Shown piece by piece: positions 1-14,500 of a stretch of 64,000 nt of DNA. The stretch covers positions 15,651,974 through 15,715,973 of the forward strand of contig OZ316899.1 in the NCBI GenBank assembly GCA_973895155.1, written 5' to 3'. This stretch comes from Marsupella aquatica (taxonomy: Eukaryota > Plantae > Marchantiophyta). The notes under the pieces are model-generated. The model did no database searches and was not told where the DNA came from. It was given only the letters and a program-made list of their open reading frames with translations. The stretch's first letter is position 1, and each line of letters starts with the position of its first letter. Position numbers and translations under genes: made by a program.

Positions 1-1575
1 TTTGATCGCCGCTCGGCACCAGAATTTCATCATTGACAGCATTGGGGTGACAAATGTGGATTCCTTCCATGCATAACCACTGGAGAGCGCGCACGCTTTG
101 AGCGAGGACAGGATCAAAAACTGCAAAAAACAATTGTCCATCAATTTCCGGGCTACCACCTTCGTCGGATGTGGGGGATCCACAAACCGAGCAACAGGTT
201 GTGTAGGATAGTGTAGTCAAAGTGGTCCGGGTCTATGGGACCCTCTGGAAGGGACTCCAACTGGATCTTTAGGGCTTGGAGAAGGACCTTCAAGCGGTTG
301 GGAGCCTTCACAACAAGGACCACATGGGAGCTTGGAGGATCACATGCAGAGAGAATTAAAGCGAACAGGAAATTTGTCATGACCGAGCAATACTTCTCTA
401 TCATGGACTCCTTGAGGAACTCGGTGAATCCCTGTGGGGAGTCAGGGCTCACAACCAATGTCCTCACTCTAAAATCCGCCTCGACCAAGACTTTTTGCAC
501 CAGCGTGGCATACAAGAGCACAACATCCGGGACCCGTGCATATCGGGAACCTTCCCGGTGAGCCAAACGCATCAGACCACTGATATCGTTGTATGTTGAA
601 TTCTCTGGTATGAGTCCTGCCGCAACATTCACCCATCCAGTGGCTCACAGCCACGCGGATAGCTCTCGAGGGGGAGGATCGTTCTGTGCAGGGAGCATCA
701 GCTCCATCTCAAGAATTGCCTTGGACAGCGTGGACTTCAGGCTTTGCTTGCTACCTCAGGCTCGGTCGGCTGGACATCGGACTGCAAAGTACTTCTTCCC
801 GACACCTTGAACAAGACATTGAACACTACTACTATGACACATGGTCATGTCGGTAGCTTTGGGATGCACTCGTATCGGGTGATTACGCATAGTCTTCTTA
901 CTTGCGCTGTGGTAGGTAGTGCAAAAGGGGCACGAGTAGCCTCTGCGGACAACGATATGGGAGACTAGGGAGACTAATCCTCGAATGCAATGATCCCATA
1001 TTGCATTGGGGGGTTAATTGCATCCTTGCGATGGCCTGTGACAGCTGTTGCTCATCTTGTTGGCCCCATAAGCTTCATCCCCCATTTCTACGGAGGGGCG
1101 CAAAATCCTTCCAGACATGCTTGCGAACCGTCCTCACGCTAGAACCGTCCAAGATCACATTGCAGGTAACGCACAAGAGCAATGCCATGCCCTTGTACTT
1201 CACCATAGACAAATCTGCTCGACTTAACACCTCTGGGGTGTCCACAAATTCCGAGATTGTCGCCACCCGGGGACTTTCATTACTGGGAACCGAATCACCC
1301 GAATTGCCTACTGGGACCAATGCACGACTATGGGTTGTACCTTGGATGTGTTCTCTGGCATAATGGTTCCGCAAGCGGTCCGGTCGATGGAAGCGAGACA
1401 AGCAAGAATGGTGAGGGCACGGCCAGTCACGAGCTACGGATATGCGGACTGAAGATCTCGTGCCATCGGCCTTGACGACACTGCAAATTGGCTGATGAAC
1501 TACTCTCCTATGAGCAGCTCTTTGAGAAATAGTAACAAACTCAAACCCAGGACACCCATCGCACAGGAAAGTCAT
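1..1575 (-). pseudogene. Degraded C2H2 zinc-finger / OrsD(DUF3505)-like protein, resembling the N-terminal half of fungal telomere-linked helicase-type mobile genes; runs off the left edge
   Basis: ORF 1075-1575 has CDGC..H....H, CPHHSC..F...LRNHYAREH and LLCVTCNVIL...VRKH. Manual translation of ~760-1000 (-) gives CIRGL...RGYSCPFCTTYHSASKKTMRNH...VQCLVQGVGKKYFAV, the PIxGL..GxxCxxC..MxxH..Q..YFxV pattern. Near base 1: FLILSSLK...TPMLSMMKFWCR. Broken by stops and frameshifts. Confidence 0.55.
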
Positions 1576-1699
1576 CGTAATGTCTGCGAGAGAATGAACG
1601 GGCTAGGTATAGGGTGGCCAAAAATATCAATCAGCTCCAATTGAGCATGATAATGTCGCACCCATGACCACTTTTTCTTGGATGAGACTGAGGAGGGCG

Positions 1700-1855
1700 C
1701 CAACTTGTCATCTGAGAGCAATGGCAGACACAACCATTCCCTTTACACCCCGACTAGCTTGTCATCCGAGAGCTATGGCAGACCAACCATAATTCCCTTC
1801 ATACCTCCGACTAGCTTGTCATTCGGGAGCTATGGCAGACTCAACCATTCCCTCA
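1700..1855. repeat. Three imperfect ~50-55 bp tandem repeats
   Basis: cttgtcat(c/t)(c/t)g(a/g)gagc(t/a)atggcagac...a(t/a)ttccct seen three times. Confidence 0.8.
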
Positions 1856-4800
1856 GTCTATACCAAACCCTTATTTTGTTGGTCATCTCTGCTCCCCCCC
1901 CAAATCCTCTACATCCTTTCACTTATACCCTCACGGTGTACAGGCTTTACTAACTGAATACAATAGGCCCGCCAGGTACAGTAGCTTTTGATCGGCCCTC
2001 ATTGGTTTATTTTAGTTACATGTCCTCGCCCATGGTTGATGGGGGGCGGGGTCGGTCTGTCTCGTGCCAAGATTTCACCACAAAATACAATAATATGGAG
2101 CCTGATGAGACCCTGCCAGGCCAAGTGAGACTCCCCAATCCCCACAACCGCGCCACGGACCTGGTAATGGGAAATGCAGCTTGAGCCAGACATTACATAA
2201 CTGTGCCTGTCAGCTGGCGGCTTAGGACTAATCAATGCAACCTAGCATTAATTACCCTTCTCAGATTCATTCGCTTGCCCTTATTTGGAAAGACGGTCCA
2301 TCGCCCCTATTCAATGGGCCGACCAAAAGGATAAAGGAGTGTCATTATTATAATTAATAATAATAAGGACCCTAAACCGGCCCCCACCCAGCCAACCTTG
2401 TTAGTGGATCATGATACAACATTATTGTATCGCTACCGTAGGGCAATATTGTGAACAACAACATTGTTGTTGCAAGAATTTCCTTTGCAAACCTCTCAAA
2501 TACCAGGCCCGTGACCGAAGCGGTCGGTCACAAAGGCTGAACCATTTTACACGGCCTCTACAGTAGTAGATGTGTTAAAGTAAACTGTTGAAATATTCTA
2601 CGCTCGATTTCGCGGATGAAAGTCATCTTTCAGATATGGCTGATGACATTTTTCAAGTATTCATGAAAAACCAGGAGTTTATAGGATCTCATCACGGATA
2701 ACATTCTCGAAGGTATTATGTACTCAAACTACCGTTGCCTCTGCAAAAACTAAACCTGGTTGGGGGGACAGAGTATAGGGTATTTTTGTGAGGAAAGTAT
2801 GCGGAGAAAAGAGCTTGGAATCATTTTTGGGCCATTCGTCTGTCAGAATGCCTGCCTTGCATCTGCCCAAAATTCTGGACATTTTGGGAAAATCTGAATA
2901 TCTAAATTATCATTCAAATATACATGTTAAGAGTCGCCTGCAAATAAATTAAAAATAAAAATAAAAACACCCTCGTATTGCGCGACCATACATGGACCAC
3001 CGTTGTGCGTGCCCATGCACAAACCTTTTCCCTCCCCAATAGCAACACTTTCACAATAATAACCTCGGAGGCCTCACGCCAAGGGGGTCTCATATCACAA
3101 AGTTTTTGGGGAATAACACATTAGACATGAGTAAAAGTTTTAATCACTGATTTTTTAAACACAAATTCTTTTGACTGTTTAGAATCTTCTTATAATTTGC
3201 AAAAATTGATTAAAACAGCCCTAATGTTCTTCCACAAAAATGTATTAGTCTTTCACAAAATCCAATACAAAAAACCTGCATTATGGGTCGGAAGCAAATA
3301 AGTGAGGACCAGCGGACAACAACAACGATGACCAAACTGATAAACACAATTTTACAGCACTAGCAACCCAACCAAAATGAGGAGAGATTTGCAACCATGA
3401 AGAATGACAAACAATCCGACCCGTGCATTTTAATGTAGTGCACTCTCATGGTTGTTTTCCAAAAAATTTGTGCCAACAAAAGACTGTGAAGCAAAACATG
3501 GAAGGGGTCAAAGAGACTGGAAAAAAAAGAGGGGCGATGATCAAGGAGAAAGTGGGAGGCACATGGATGGGAAGACACGGCCTTCGAAGCTCTATGGATG
3601 AGAAAAGGGGATGACAACTTTTGAATTCAGAACTTAGAGCACGGTCAAGCATTTTTTACTTTCATTCGTACTTTATTCAAAAGTTGAAATTTGAAAGTCT
3701 TAGAGCTCATAGAATAAACATGGTGACCATATACTGTGGCAAAATCTTAGTACCAATGGAGCATGGGGTCAAGAATAAAAAAATAGGCAAAGATAGCCAA
3801 CATTTGATTCAAATCAATGTGGCATGGAAGAACTAGAAAAAAAGCTAACCCTAATAACTCTTTCCATGATATGTGAAGGGTTGTGAAATGAATGTCGTTT
3901 TGCATACAAATGGACTTCCTTATTGCTAGTTGTATTGAGATACATGTGTTGAGGAACCAGGGTACAACGCACAATCTATCTTGACTTGAAAGATGTTTGG
4001 TTCACCCAGTTCAGGGTGCGTCCTTGACCAAAATGCTAGGGAAAATTGACTATACATAATTATGAACACCATACATTGGCCATAGCTTGGCAAATCACAT
4101 GCTGGGTCCATGACACTATACTCTTCTCTCACTCCACTCTCCAACGCTTGAACATTGATATCTAGTGTCAGCACAATGAAGTGTTCCTCCTAGGTATAGG
4201 CCCTCTCCACTATTCTAACCTCAGCAGCACTAATTCATGGTAAAGTACGTTGTGTTTGGAGGGCTTAACCTAGTTAACCACTTGCTTGTCTTCAGTTAAG
4301 TATCAACAAGTTGTTAACCCTTGCTACTCTCAACAATGTTGTTATGGATGGGGCACTTGTAAGGGAAACCTACATCCTCATTCTCCCTCCCCCATCATCC
4401 CTTACCACATGAAATTAGTTTGTGGACTCCTTGGCTACATTTTTTAGGGCTTGTTTGAGTAAAAATAATCTATGTAATGCTAGCTTTAACTCAAGTTGCG
4501 AGAGCCTATTATGGTCCAAAATGTTATGGTATCACAGATTATTATGATGAGATAGTTTTACAAATCTTAATGAAAGTATAGGAGAAATTACCTCATGCAT
4601 ACAAATCTGATTTTATAATGTTCTTCATAATGACCAGGAAAATAAGGGCCTTTAGCTTGGGTTTTGAGAGGCTAATATGGTCCATAATGTTCTGCTAGCT
4701 AGCAGACATTAAAACACTTCAGCTCTATGAGATATTTTCACTATTATTACATTAAAACACTTAAGAGATATTTTCACTAAGTTTAGAACATTAATTCATG

Positions 4801-6836
4801 AACCCAAGGCACAGTTTTGTTTATGTTAGTTGATTTTGGCATTGGATGGCACTATATTCAACCAATAAATTGCCCTGGGCACTCAATTTGAGTTGAGAAG
4901 ACACAATTGAGAAATCTGCTTTTCTCAACAAGGAACCCTAAGCTTTCTAGTAGCTGAGTCCTCTTTGTAGAATATTTGTCACCTGATTTGTCAATGTACT
5001 TTCAAATAACTGGAAATTCTAGAGATGTCACTGAAGTCTGACTTTGGCAAGTTTTGAATTAATAAGAGGTTAATAGCCTCATGACCTTGACGCAACTATT
5101 CACCAAATGGAGAAGGGTAGCGCTTAAGCTTTCAGAAGAGAGAGATAGAAGTCTGATTAGGAAGGGATGTTGGTAGTCATGTTGTGTTCGACAAATATGA
5201 TTGATAGATTTTCACAGCTTGCATTGTTTAGATTAGATTTTCTCAAGAAATCATTGTGGACCCATTCAGCCATGGCCTGAGCAGTTTGACATTTTTTCAA
5301 CTGTCACAAGAATGCTTTGCTTTCCAGGCCAAAGTCGACAACATGGTTATCACAAGCAGATGTCAAAATCAGACTTTTTTGCTACATGCAACCAACCAAA
5401 TTCTCAAGCTAAGAGAGTTAATAGTCAAACCTCGGCAAATACATTTGAAACCAGTTCAATGTCTGATCAAATGAATTGTATCAATTCACCGAGTTCAAGT
5501 TCCGACCATAGTTTGCCTAAATTGCAAAAGGTTGAAAATCTTACTCCATGTGCCAATTACCCTTTAACAAGGGAGTTATCAAGTTAGTTATTAGTCATTG
5601 TTTATTACATGATTTAATTTTTAAAATTGGATATGTAACTAAAATGGTTACATAGTGACAGTTTTACCCGTCTTGCTTTTGCATTTATAAATTTTTACAT
5701 CCCTTTTTTACTCTAAAATTTCTAAACCCTAAACCCCAAACCCCAAAATTCACAGCCAAGTTGATGCAAACATGAATGAAAACTGCAAATTTGATTCACA
5801 AAATGGACAAGTCTTGTTTGTTGTAATTGTTGTTGACGTGGCACGCTCTGGTGCCAGCAATTTTGGAAGGGACCTCTAATGGGGTCCGTAACAACTTTCC
5901 TTTTTGGAAGAGTCCAAATTGACAAAAAAATGATTGGAAATTTAAAGCTCAATAATGTTACTAACAACTCACAACTAGACCCACATACTGGTTTAATTTA
6001 TTAACAATTATTCTTCCACTACTTTTGTATTCCTCCCCTCTTTTTAGCCCCTTCAAAAGAGTCGTCCCTCTTCCAGGTGACCCATTTCACCCAAAGGAAA
6101 AAGAAATAAAAAAGAATTAAATTAAAATAACTGATAAAACAAAGACATGGAACGCTCCCACACAAAAAAGGTCCCTTAAAAAGAGTCACCCCTCTTATGA
6201 AGCCCCTTGGAAACAGTGTCACAGGTGACCCATTTCACCCATGGGAAAAAAGAAAAGAAAAAAAGAGAAAGAAGAAAGAAGGAAAAACAAACACATTGAA
6301 AGTAAGTTGGAGAGAATAAAGATAGAGGGAGCCATTGATGATAGTATACTGTGTAGTTCTATGCCTAACAAGAACTAACGAGTGTTTGTAGATGGTACCT
6401 TGTATTTTTCAAGTAGTATACGCAGAATAGTGTGCGAGGAACGTATACGCAGACAAAAAGAAGAAGTTTAGAGTCCTTTTTCGGCCCCCACCACAAAGCT
6501 GAACTTAAAGTTCTACAGGAGTTCAGCCAACGGTCAATAATCACTCCTCCACTTACAAATATTCTCCTCCGGCCCCAACTCTGGGATCCCTCGCGATTCA
6601 ATGGGCTGGCGCCTGTACTGCATAGGGTTCATAAACAATGTACTGCGCTAGTCGGCACCCACAGACTCACCATAACCAGTGGAATAGTAGATGCATGATT
6701 CGGTGATTGTACACCTACCGTCGAGGAGAACAACAACTTATTGTGAACCTTTCAAGACCCACTCTGAAATATATGAATAGATGAATGTACAACACAATAA
6801 TCCCGTAATTTTCTCTCTACAGGACTAGAATTATTG

Positions 6837-8207
6837 GAGGTATATGCTCAATCAATTCCCTTTGGACTGTTTCCTGCTTAATTGACCCCCTATGTTCAAA
6901 CCTGCCCCAATCAACCCCCTTTGATATGTTTATGGTTCATGACATGCCGTGTGTTGCAATTGCAGTCTACCTGAACCTGTCCGTGGGTGCAAGCGACTTG
7001 ACCAAACCGTCAAATGCTTCATTTAGGGTCGGTCGTGCCTTGACGGTGACGATCAAGGATTTCAGAAATGATGTGAAGACAATACATGTTATGTCTTCAG
7101 GTGTTTCATTATTGAATTAGCCTCATATAACTTGGTCCAAATGTTCATTGTTTCAAATTCTGTCATGATGACTTATGTTGGTCATGAGGTTTGGGGGAAT
7201 CTATTGTATTGAGGGTTATTGGGAAGCTCAGTCTCTTTTTGTTAGAGTTTGAATGCAATCTAGATGACATTGTAGTGGTGTGAGGTACACTTAGGACTAT
7301 CAATGTTGGAGATTTTGATGTCATTGTGCATCTCTGGCATAGAGGGGATCTATTTGAAGTGGATATTTTTTAATGTGACATTTTATCACTACAAGATAGA
7401 GCGTGCCCAAAAGCAAGACTCAATTGCACGTGGGTTTAGGATAACTGATGGGAAAGCCTATAAGAAAGTTTGTAAGAATTTGATGTTGTCATCAATTGTT
7501 GTTGATATGTTTATTCTAGTGAATACAATACACTTTGTTGAGAGCACATAATGCATAGTGTCTTAGTTCAATTGCTCGTAATGGAAGCAAAAGGCAACTC
7601 AAATTCAAACACTAAACCCTAAACACTTCGAGGATTTTGGAGAATTTTATAGGTGTTTGGATTCTTGGCTATCAAAATGGTCTTGCGGCATAAAGATTGG
7701 AAACATTTTGAAATAATTTCTGAATGCAAGTGTGCCGATTTAGAAAATTAATCGGTGTCAAAGAGATCCAACAGGGCATTTTCTGTGAGTGAGATCCAAA
7801 CTTAGATTTGTCTCTAGTGGAATGCACTCATAAAGATTCTCAACAAAGCAACTATATAGGAACATTATGGAGATAGCAGCCCAGTTTTATTACCTCTAAA
7901 CTTCAAACAAATGGAGACCCCTAAATGTTTGAAGACCATACTAGTTTTGTCTTCAAACACAAAAGTATCCACGACTGCGTCCGGTATCATTCGATCTTAT
8001 CATGCGTGGATTGTGTGGGCCCACTCCTATCTCGACATAATTGCAGCATACCACGGACAAGACCACGGGCTCATATAATACAAAATTAGAGTTTACCGTG
8101 ATAAAGTCTCCCTATACTGCTCTTCCCAAGAATTATATGTAAGAAATTGTCAGAGGGGGTCGATTGGGGCAGATCTGAACATAGGGGGTTGATTAAGCAT
8201 ATACCTC
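6837..8207. mobile_element. Non-autonomous Mutator(MULE)-like TIR element, ~1.37 kb
   Basis: The left end GAGGTATATGCT...CCCCCTATGTTCAAACCTGCCCCAATCAACCCCCT is the inverse of the right end AGGGGGTCGATTGGGGCAGATCTGAACATAGGGGGTTGATTAAGCATATACCTC. Flanks gaattattg / aaattattg form a 9-bp TSD with 1 mismatch. No long ORF inside. Confidence 0.8.
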
Positions 8208-10979
8208 AAATTATTGATGTTAGGTTTGTCACATATCCACTAAATTTTGAATGACAAGAATCTTACCCAGGGAGGATTCATGATGATGGATCGATATTGT
8301 CAATCGTGGTAAATAGAAAAACCTTCATGGCGGCCGCCGCCGCCACTGAGGATGTATTCACTTTCTAGTCACTTGTAGTGTGAGTCATCAAATGACCGCA
8401 CTCCTCCGGCCCCACTCCTACACAATAATACATACTCCCAAAGTTTGACAGAACTACGAGGAATATATTTTGAGAGTACACTTTTGTGAATTATGAACTG
8501 CCGTTTCCCGCCCTAAACCATAAACTCGCATCCAAGCCGCCCAAAAATTATCCCGACTCCATGCGCCAGTTCGAGTCTGCCTGTCCTGCAAAATCGAAGA
8601 CTGAGGATTCTCATCCTTCAAACGAACCGATCAAGCCCCCGTGCGTGACTTTTGCAATCCCTCCATTTTCTCAGGCAGGGAGGACCAAACCCAATCACAA
8701 CCGAAGCGAGGATTGTCAGCAAGTCTTTCCGTGATCCCTGCCTTGCTAGCTGATCGTCTTAGTGTTCCTTAGTACTCATAGTGTTCCTTAGTACTCTTAG
8801 TGTTCCTTGACACTCTGGTCACTTGATAGGCAGGATATGGTTCTCAAGAAGGTGACCTTCGGAAAACAGCATGAGATGTCTCAAAAATTGAAGGTGGGGG
8901 GGAGGGGGCCATCCTTCAATTGGGACTTACAGGATTGGGTGCACAAGATCCGCGAGCCGCAACACGCGGAATATCTCCAACAGACCGGACTTGCCGACTT
9001 TGTGGTGGAGGTTTGCTGGGATATGAAAAGTTATCCAGACTCGGATATGATACAATTCATACAGAACTATGACCACAAAAAATCAAAGACCTCTGTCAGA
9101 GGTCACCCAATCGATTTGAGCATGGAAAATATTCGGAAGACTTTCCGACTGGAGGGGGGGCCGCCGTTAGACGCTAAAGTGACTAATTACACTCCCACGA
9201 CGTTCAAGGCTAGAAGGGCCACAAATGGTTCTTACAAGTTGACAAATTGCGAGCACACTGTCGTCCGAGAAAGGTTGGCATTCCAATTCACAGCTATTCA
9301 TATTCGGCCAGCAAAGGGCGAGGCGTATTCTTGCCACATAAAGCAGGTGGAACAGTTGGCCAGACATGATTGGGGCGAAAATTTTGGCGGCAAGCTCTGT
9401 GAATCACTTGGCTTAGCTCATAAGAAATTTGTGGACGATAAGATGTTGTCCTACACTTGCCATTTCTCGCTGCATCTTCAAGTCATGCTAAGTGGGCACA
9501 CCCCTTGCGTCATGTCTTTGTCATCCCCGGCTCGAGATGCTTCATGTGATGATGAAAGGGTACAGATCACCCTAAACCCCGATAGATCCGGCTGTGAAGG
9601 AGTTGGAGCAAGACATAACGGAAGAGGCGGCCACTGTGAATGATGCAGGTCTGGACTGGGAGCTGGGTGTTGTGCAAGGTGGGGATGCAGGTGAACGGTG
9701 CCAGTCTCCATAGTACTTGATTGGTTTTTTGGTGGTGACCCCGCACGCAATCCGGAGTCAAACACCGCCAGACGCTGGCAGCGACGGTGGTGGAGTGGAA
9801 GATGATGTGAACAATGCGATCCTCCCCCGGATTTCCACACCTGTTGTTGCTTTACCCAGAGCGGACACATGTTGTCCATGCTCACTCCTCGTAGGAGCCT
9901 TGGAAAAAGAGAACCTGCTACGGGCGGACGAGAATAATAGGATGGCAATGAGTTTCAACCACAAGTTTGATCTCCTTGAGAGCCAACTCCATCAAGTCAA
10001 ACTTCTTCTAGAGGTAAAGTAACAATAGGATCTTACTAGCCATATCATTATTTCCTGTTCATCTGTCCGGACCATCGAGTACGCGTTAGTACGTACTATC
10101 CAAAATGGTCAATTAACTCCTAGTACTTAAACTACTACAAAATCACCAGTGAAAGGACCCTAAATGTTTCCCTTGTCGTACACTCTATTTTTCATTCTTC
10201 AATTCACAATCGCCCTAGCCAGAATGATGAAATATATTGGTTGGCATAGGTGTGTGGTGACGGGAGACAAGTGTTCCATTCTGTACTAGAACCAAATTGT
10301 TTCAATTGTGACATGCAGGCCAGAACTCCTCCCACCACCTCGCACAACAGCGGAGGTGAAGAAGACATGAAACCTGATGTGCGCATCATGTCCGCCCTAA
10401 ATTTGCAGAGAAAATGGATTTTTGATGCATCCGCCCCGAGCAGTCCACCTCCAGCTTCCACACAGGACACCCAAAAACACAAGTCCGTTCGACTTGCCAA
10501 ACCTGAAACAGCCACAATGCAGCCAGCCCAATTTGTTGACCTAGCCGGCAAATCAAACTGCAACACGACGAAACATGAACGCAGACAAAATAGAAGGTGG
10601 ACCGAGGAAGAGGAACAATGCCTCAGAAGTGGACTAAACAGGTGAGTATGGAGACATCCTGCACCGATGCTCCGCGTTCCACTCATATTGTTTGTGCTTT
10701 TCATCACACAATGAGTGACAAATTATTCGTGTATTCTTGCGGCCAAGATGTACGACCTACTATGGGCTAATCATGTGTTTGTCAAGGAACATTCATTCTC
10801 ATTGAATTTCTAACAACAGGTTTGGGAAAGGCAAGTGGAATATCATCAGTAAAGCAAGCTTGGATATTTTGAAAGGTCGAACAGAGGTAAGCTTTGGTCA
10901 TATTAATTTGCAATACCACGTTTCAATCCACGGAATGCAACGACGACCCATCAATTTACTCTTGTATCAGCCTATTCAT

Positions 10980-11310
10980 TAAAAGTGTATTATTATTTGA
11001 TTTATGTACATTTGGGCAATGAAAAGTGTACATTTGACCAATGAAAAGTGTACATTTGGGGATAAAAAAGTGTACAATTGGTCTAAAGAGTGTATATTTG
11101 GGCAATGAAAAGTGTACATTTGAGCATCAAAATATGTACATTTGGCTTAAAAAGTGTACATTTTAGTACATTTGGCCTAGAAAGTGTACATTTGAGTGAA
11201 AAAAGGATACATTTGGCTTAAAAAGTGTACATTTCAGTGCATTTAGTCTAGAAAGTGTAGCTTTGAGTGCAACAAAGAGTACATTTGGCCTAAAAAGTGT
11301 ACATTTTCCT
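10980..11310. repeat. Left subterminal repeat array (AAAAGTGTACATTT, about a dozen copies)
   Basis: Repeated aaaagtgtacattt at ~20-40 bp spacing, directly inside the TIR. Confidence 0.85.
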
Positions 11311-11527
11311 GAAAACTTTTATTGTAATCATTTAAAATAAAGAAATTAATAAAAAATATTTTTAATTATGCACAAAAAATAAACATTCATATTCATAATA
11401 ATCAAAAGTTTAGAAAATGAGTAGATAGTCTACTAAGTAACTAAACACTCAATGGCATGGTCTCACAATATATATAACTCTTACATAAAAACTAGTAACT
11501 ATCTAATTATATCTTAGCTAGTGACAA

Positions 11528-14500
11528 CTAAGTGTACTTGTCCATCCTTTGGAGATAACTTTGGACAGTTTGTAGAACATTTCGAGGAATCTTCAAACCT
11601 CTGCCAACCATGTTTTCTTCCTTCATTCCAGATTTAAAACCATACATTGCAGAATTTGCATACTGCCAATGTTGAGTGTTCTCACCAAATCCTGGATCTC
11701 GTTCCCATGTCTTGGTGGACATGAAACAATTGAGATACCTAGCACTCTCACTCACATCAAGTTTAGAGTGTTTAGGCCTCCACCATTCCACGGGGAACAT
11801 TGGAGCATATTTTTGAGTCAAAGGAGGGTCTCTTGAAGATGCAATTGGGACTTCATGCTTAGGGTCCACCTGACCCAAAGCTCTCACCAACCAGAAATGA
11901 CCTCCACCATTTTTCTTCTCCCAATCATCCTCGGGTCGAAGAAACACAAAGTTTCCTTCACAAATATCCTGGAGGGGAATCCACCGTCCTTGTTCTCTCT
12001 CAGCTCAAGATCCAACAAATGGTGCTGCTTGATCTTCCATCTCTTCCAAGACTTCATTTTGAAGAGCTGTCATCTCTGCATTCTCCTCATCTTCACTTAG
12101 AGGACCACTCTGTTCGCATGCCGATTGGTTGACCTTGTAACCAGTGCTGTGGTTAGTCTTAGGCCAAAATCCATTTTTCAATGGAAATTGATTATTTCCC
12201 TCCCCTTCCATTGCAAGCCCATTTGACAACAGCTCCACAATTCTTTCCCAATATTTAACAAGAGGAAATCTTTCCTTGTATGCTATTGACGTCTCATCAA
12301 TGCAACTCCTTCTCAAAAAATCAAGGTACTTGTTAAGGAATGGGATTATCTCTTCTGATTTTTTGTGTATCTCTCCTATGGATTTAGCTAAGGGTTGTCC
12401 ACTGGGTAAAAGAAGAGAATTTGTTATTGGATCAGTTGCCCAAATGCACCTTCCGCCAACGGGAGCCCAAGCTTGCTTAACATGGGACTTATACTGAAAT
12501 ATTGGTACATTATCTCTCATAGAGAAAAGAAATGATACCGGTTTTGAGTGACCTTGAATATCTTTGACCTTAAAACTTTGAAGATATTCTTTGTAAGATG
12601 CAACTTCTTGTATCAATCTTGGAACTGGATGAATGCTCTCACATTCCCAAACCTCTGCCATTAGTGCAAGAAGGGTTGCAACTTCCTTGTGCTGAACTTG
12701 ATATGATACCTTGGAAAATAGTGCATCAACATCTTCGTGCGTATGACCAACCATTAGAAAGGACATTTGAACAGTTTCAAATATTCCTCTACTCACAAGC
12801 TCCGAGCAAAATGCCATGACCATTTGGTTTTTGTTGTCCTTTGCTGAATTATCCATTTGCAATGTTAGGTGCCTTGGCAAGGGCATGAACAAAGGACTGC
12901 CCTTCTCACCACCCACGTCCCCTCCATCATCCTCATCCTGTCGGGTTGGGATGGTCTCAATCTGACTGTCAGCAGCTCCATCTTCAGAACCAATATACCT
13001 ATTTACTTGAATATTCTTTGGTTCCAAATATCCCGACAAAAATGCATCAAAGTCAAGTAGGGCTTGAAAGAAAGGTCTGTGAGGTTCCCAATGCAAGCCA
13101 TCAAGCATGTCACCTGTCTTGTCTCCATTGTACTCTTCAAGATCTCGAAGACACTTAGCCAAGGATGTCACTGTGAAATCTGCATCTCCTGGCCAAAGGC
13201 CAGTGACACTAAAGTGTGCATATACTCCTGGATCTCTCCCGTGGGTCAACATCCCTGTGAGAGCGATAGGTAGCGGCATTCCATGACCCGAAAGTGATTT
13301 AGGAGTACTAACCATTTTTGGAATCCATGTCTTTGCTTGATCCATCTTGTCGTGAATAATGCAAAGATATTCTCTTGGATGTTGCTTGGCCATCACTCGA
13401 TGAGCGTAGTAAACATATCTACGTGACATTTGCTCACGAAGATGTTGAGCTCTTTTTTCTTCAATTTCAGCACGTTCTTTTTTCCTTCTCTCTCGCATCA
13501 AATTGTCTTTGTATTCACAACAAAGCGTACACTTGGCAAATGCGCCATCCTTGTGAAAACTGAAGTTTGCAAATGATGTGCTCCATATCTTGTAGAGAGT
13601 GTTATCCGTAACAGGAGGAAGCCCTTCTTCCTTCATCTTTGTTCTCACATCTTCCAAAATCTCTAACTTTTTGTAACACGCTGGAAGTCGATACTCAATG
13701 CTGTCTGTCCCATGAGCCCCTCCATAAGGCATATGAGGCATTGGCTCTGCATTTTGAGTCAAAAATGCCTCTAGAAGAGCTCGTGCATGCAAGGTATTTG
13801 ACCTTGTTTTCTTCAAGCCTGTGTTCCCATGGAACCCAATTTTGCAACCCTCCATGTATCTTCTCTTGTAATCATAATACTTGGTGTGACTAAAACCATG
13901 GATGGTTGCAAATGCATCTTTACAGATGACCATACCTTTGAGAACATGGTGTCCCTTATCACGAACATCATCCTCTCTGTAGTGGAAGAGGTTGAAAATG
14001 TGTGATGTTTTGGACTCGCTAGACATCCCGTGAAATTCCATCCTAACATCTTCTATATCTTCCCTTGGCATAATGAGACAACATTTATGCTTGCAGCAAT
14101 TTACTCTTTTGATCTTATCAATTGCGGCTTCTGTTGTTTTTGAAACTGCCTTGGTTTGCAAGAGCCTCCTTTTCTTCTCAACAGGATCAACTTGATTCCT
14201 CTTGTTGAAGTTATATGGCCTTTGACGACATCCGGATGCGGATCCAACCACATGATCCGGATTCAGATCATCCCTATCCATTGACTCCATATTCTCTGTA
14301 CCTTCTACCAGAATGTCTGACAAAAATTTTCCAGTTGCTACTAGTTTTGTGTGATCAATTTGCCATCGAACCAAACTAATTACTCCCTTGTGAATGCTTG
14401 GAAAGTATTGCGATTCCATGACATCTTTCACAGCAACCCCTACATAGTCTTCTCCCAGGATTTCATCATCAACAGCCGCCGTTGCTTGAGGCACAGTGAT

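Noticed and set aside
3360-6700. Short ORFs in AT-rich DNA
   Set aside because: All are under 100 aa with no motifs and no consistent splice pattern.
12005-12007. Programmed readthrough or selenocysteine TGA in the transposase
   Set aside because: CGA>TGA decay is simpler and occurs repeatedly in this window.
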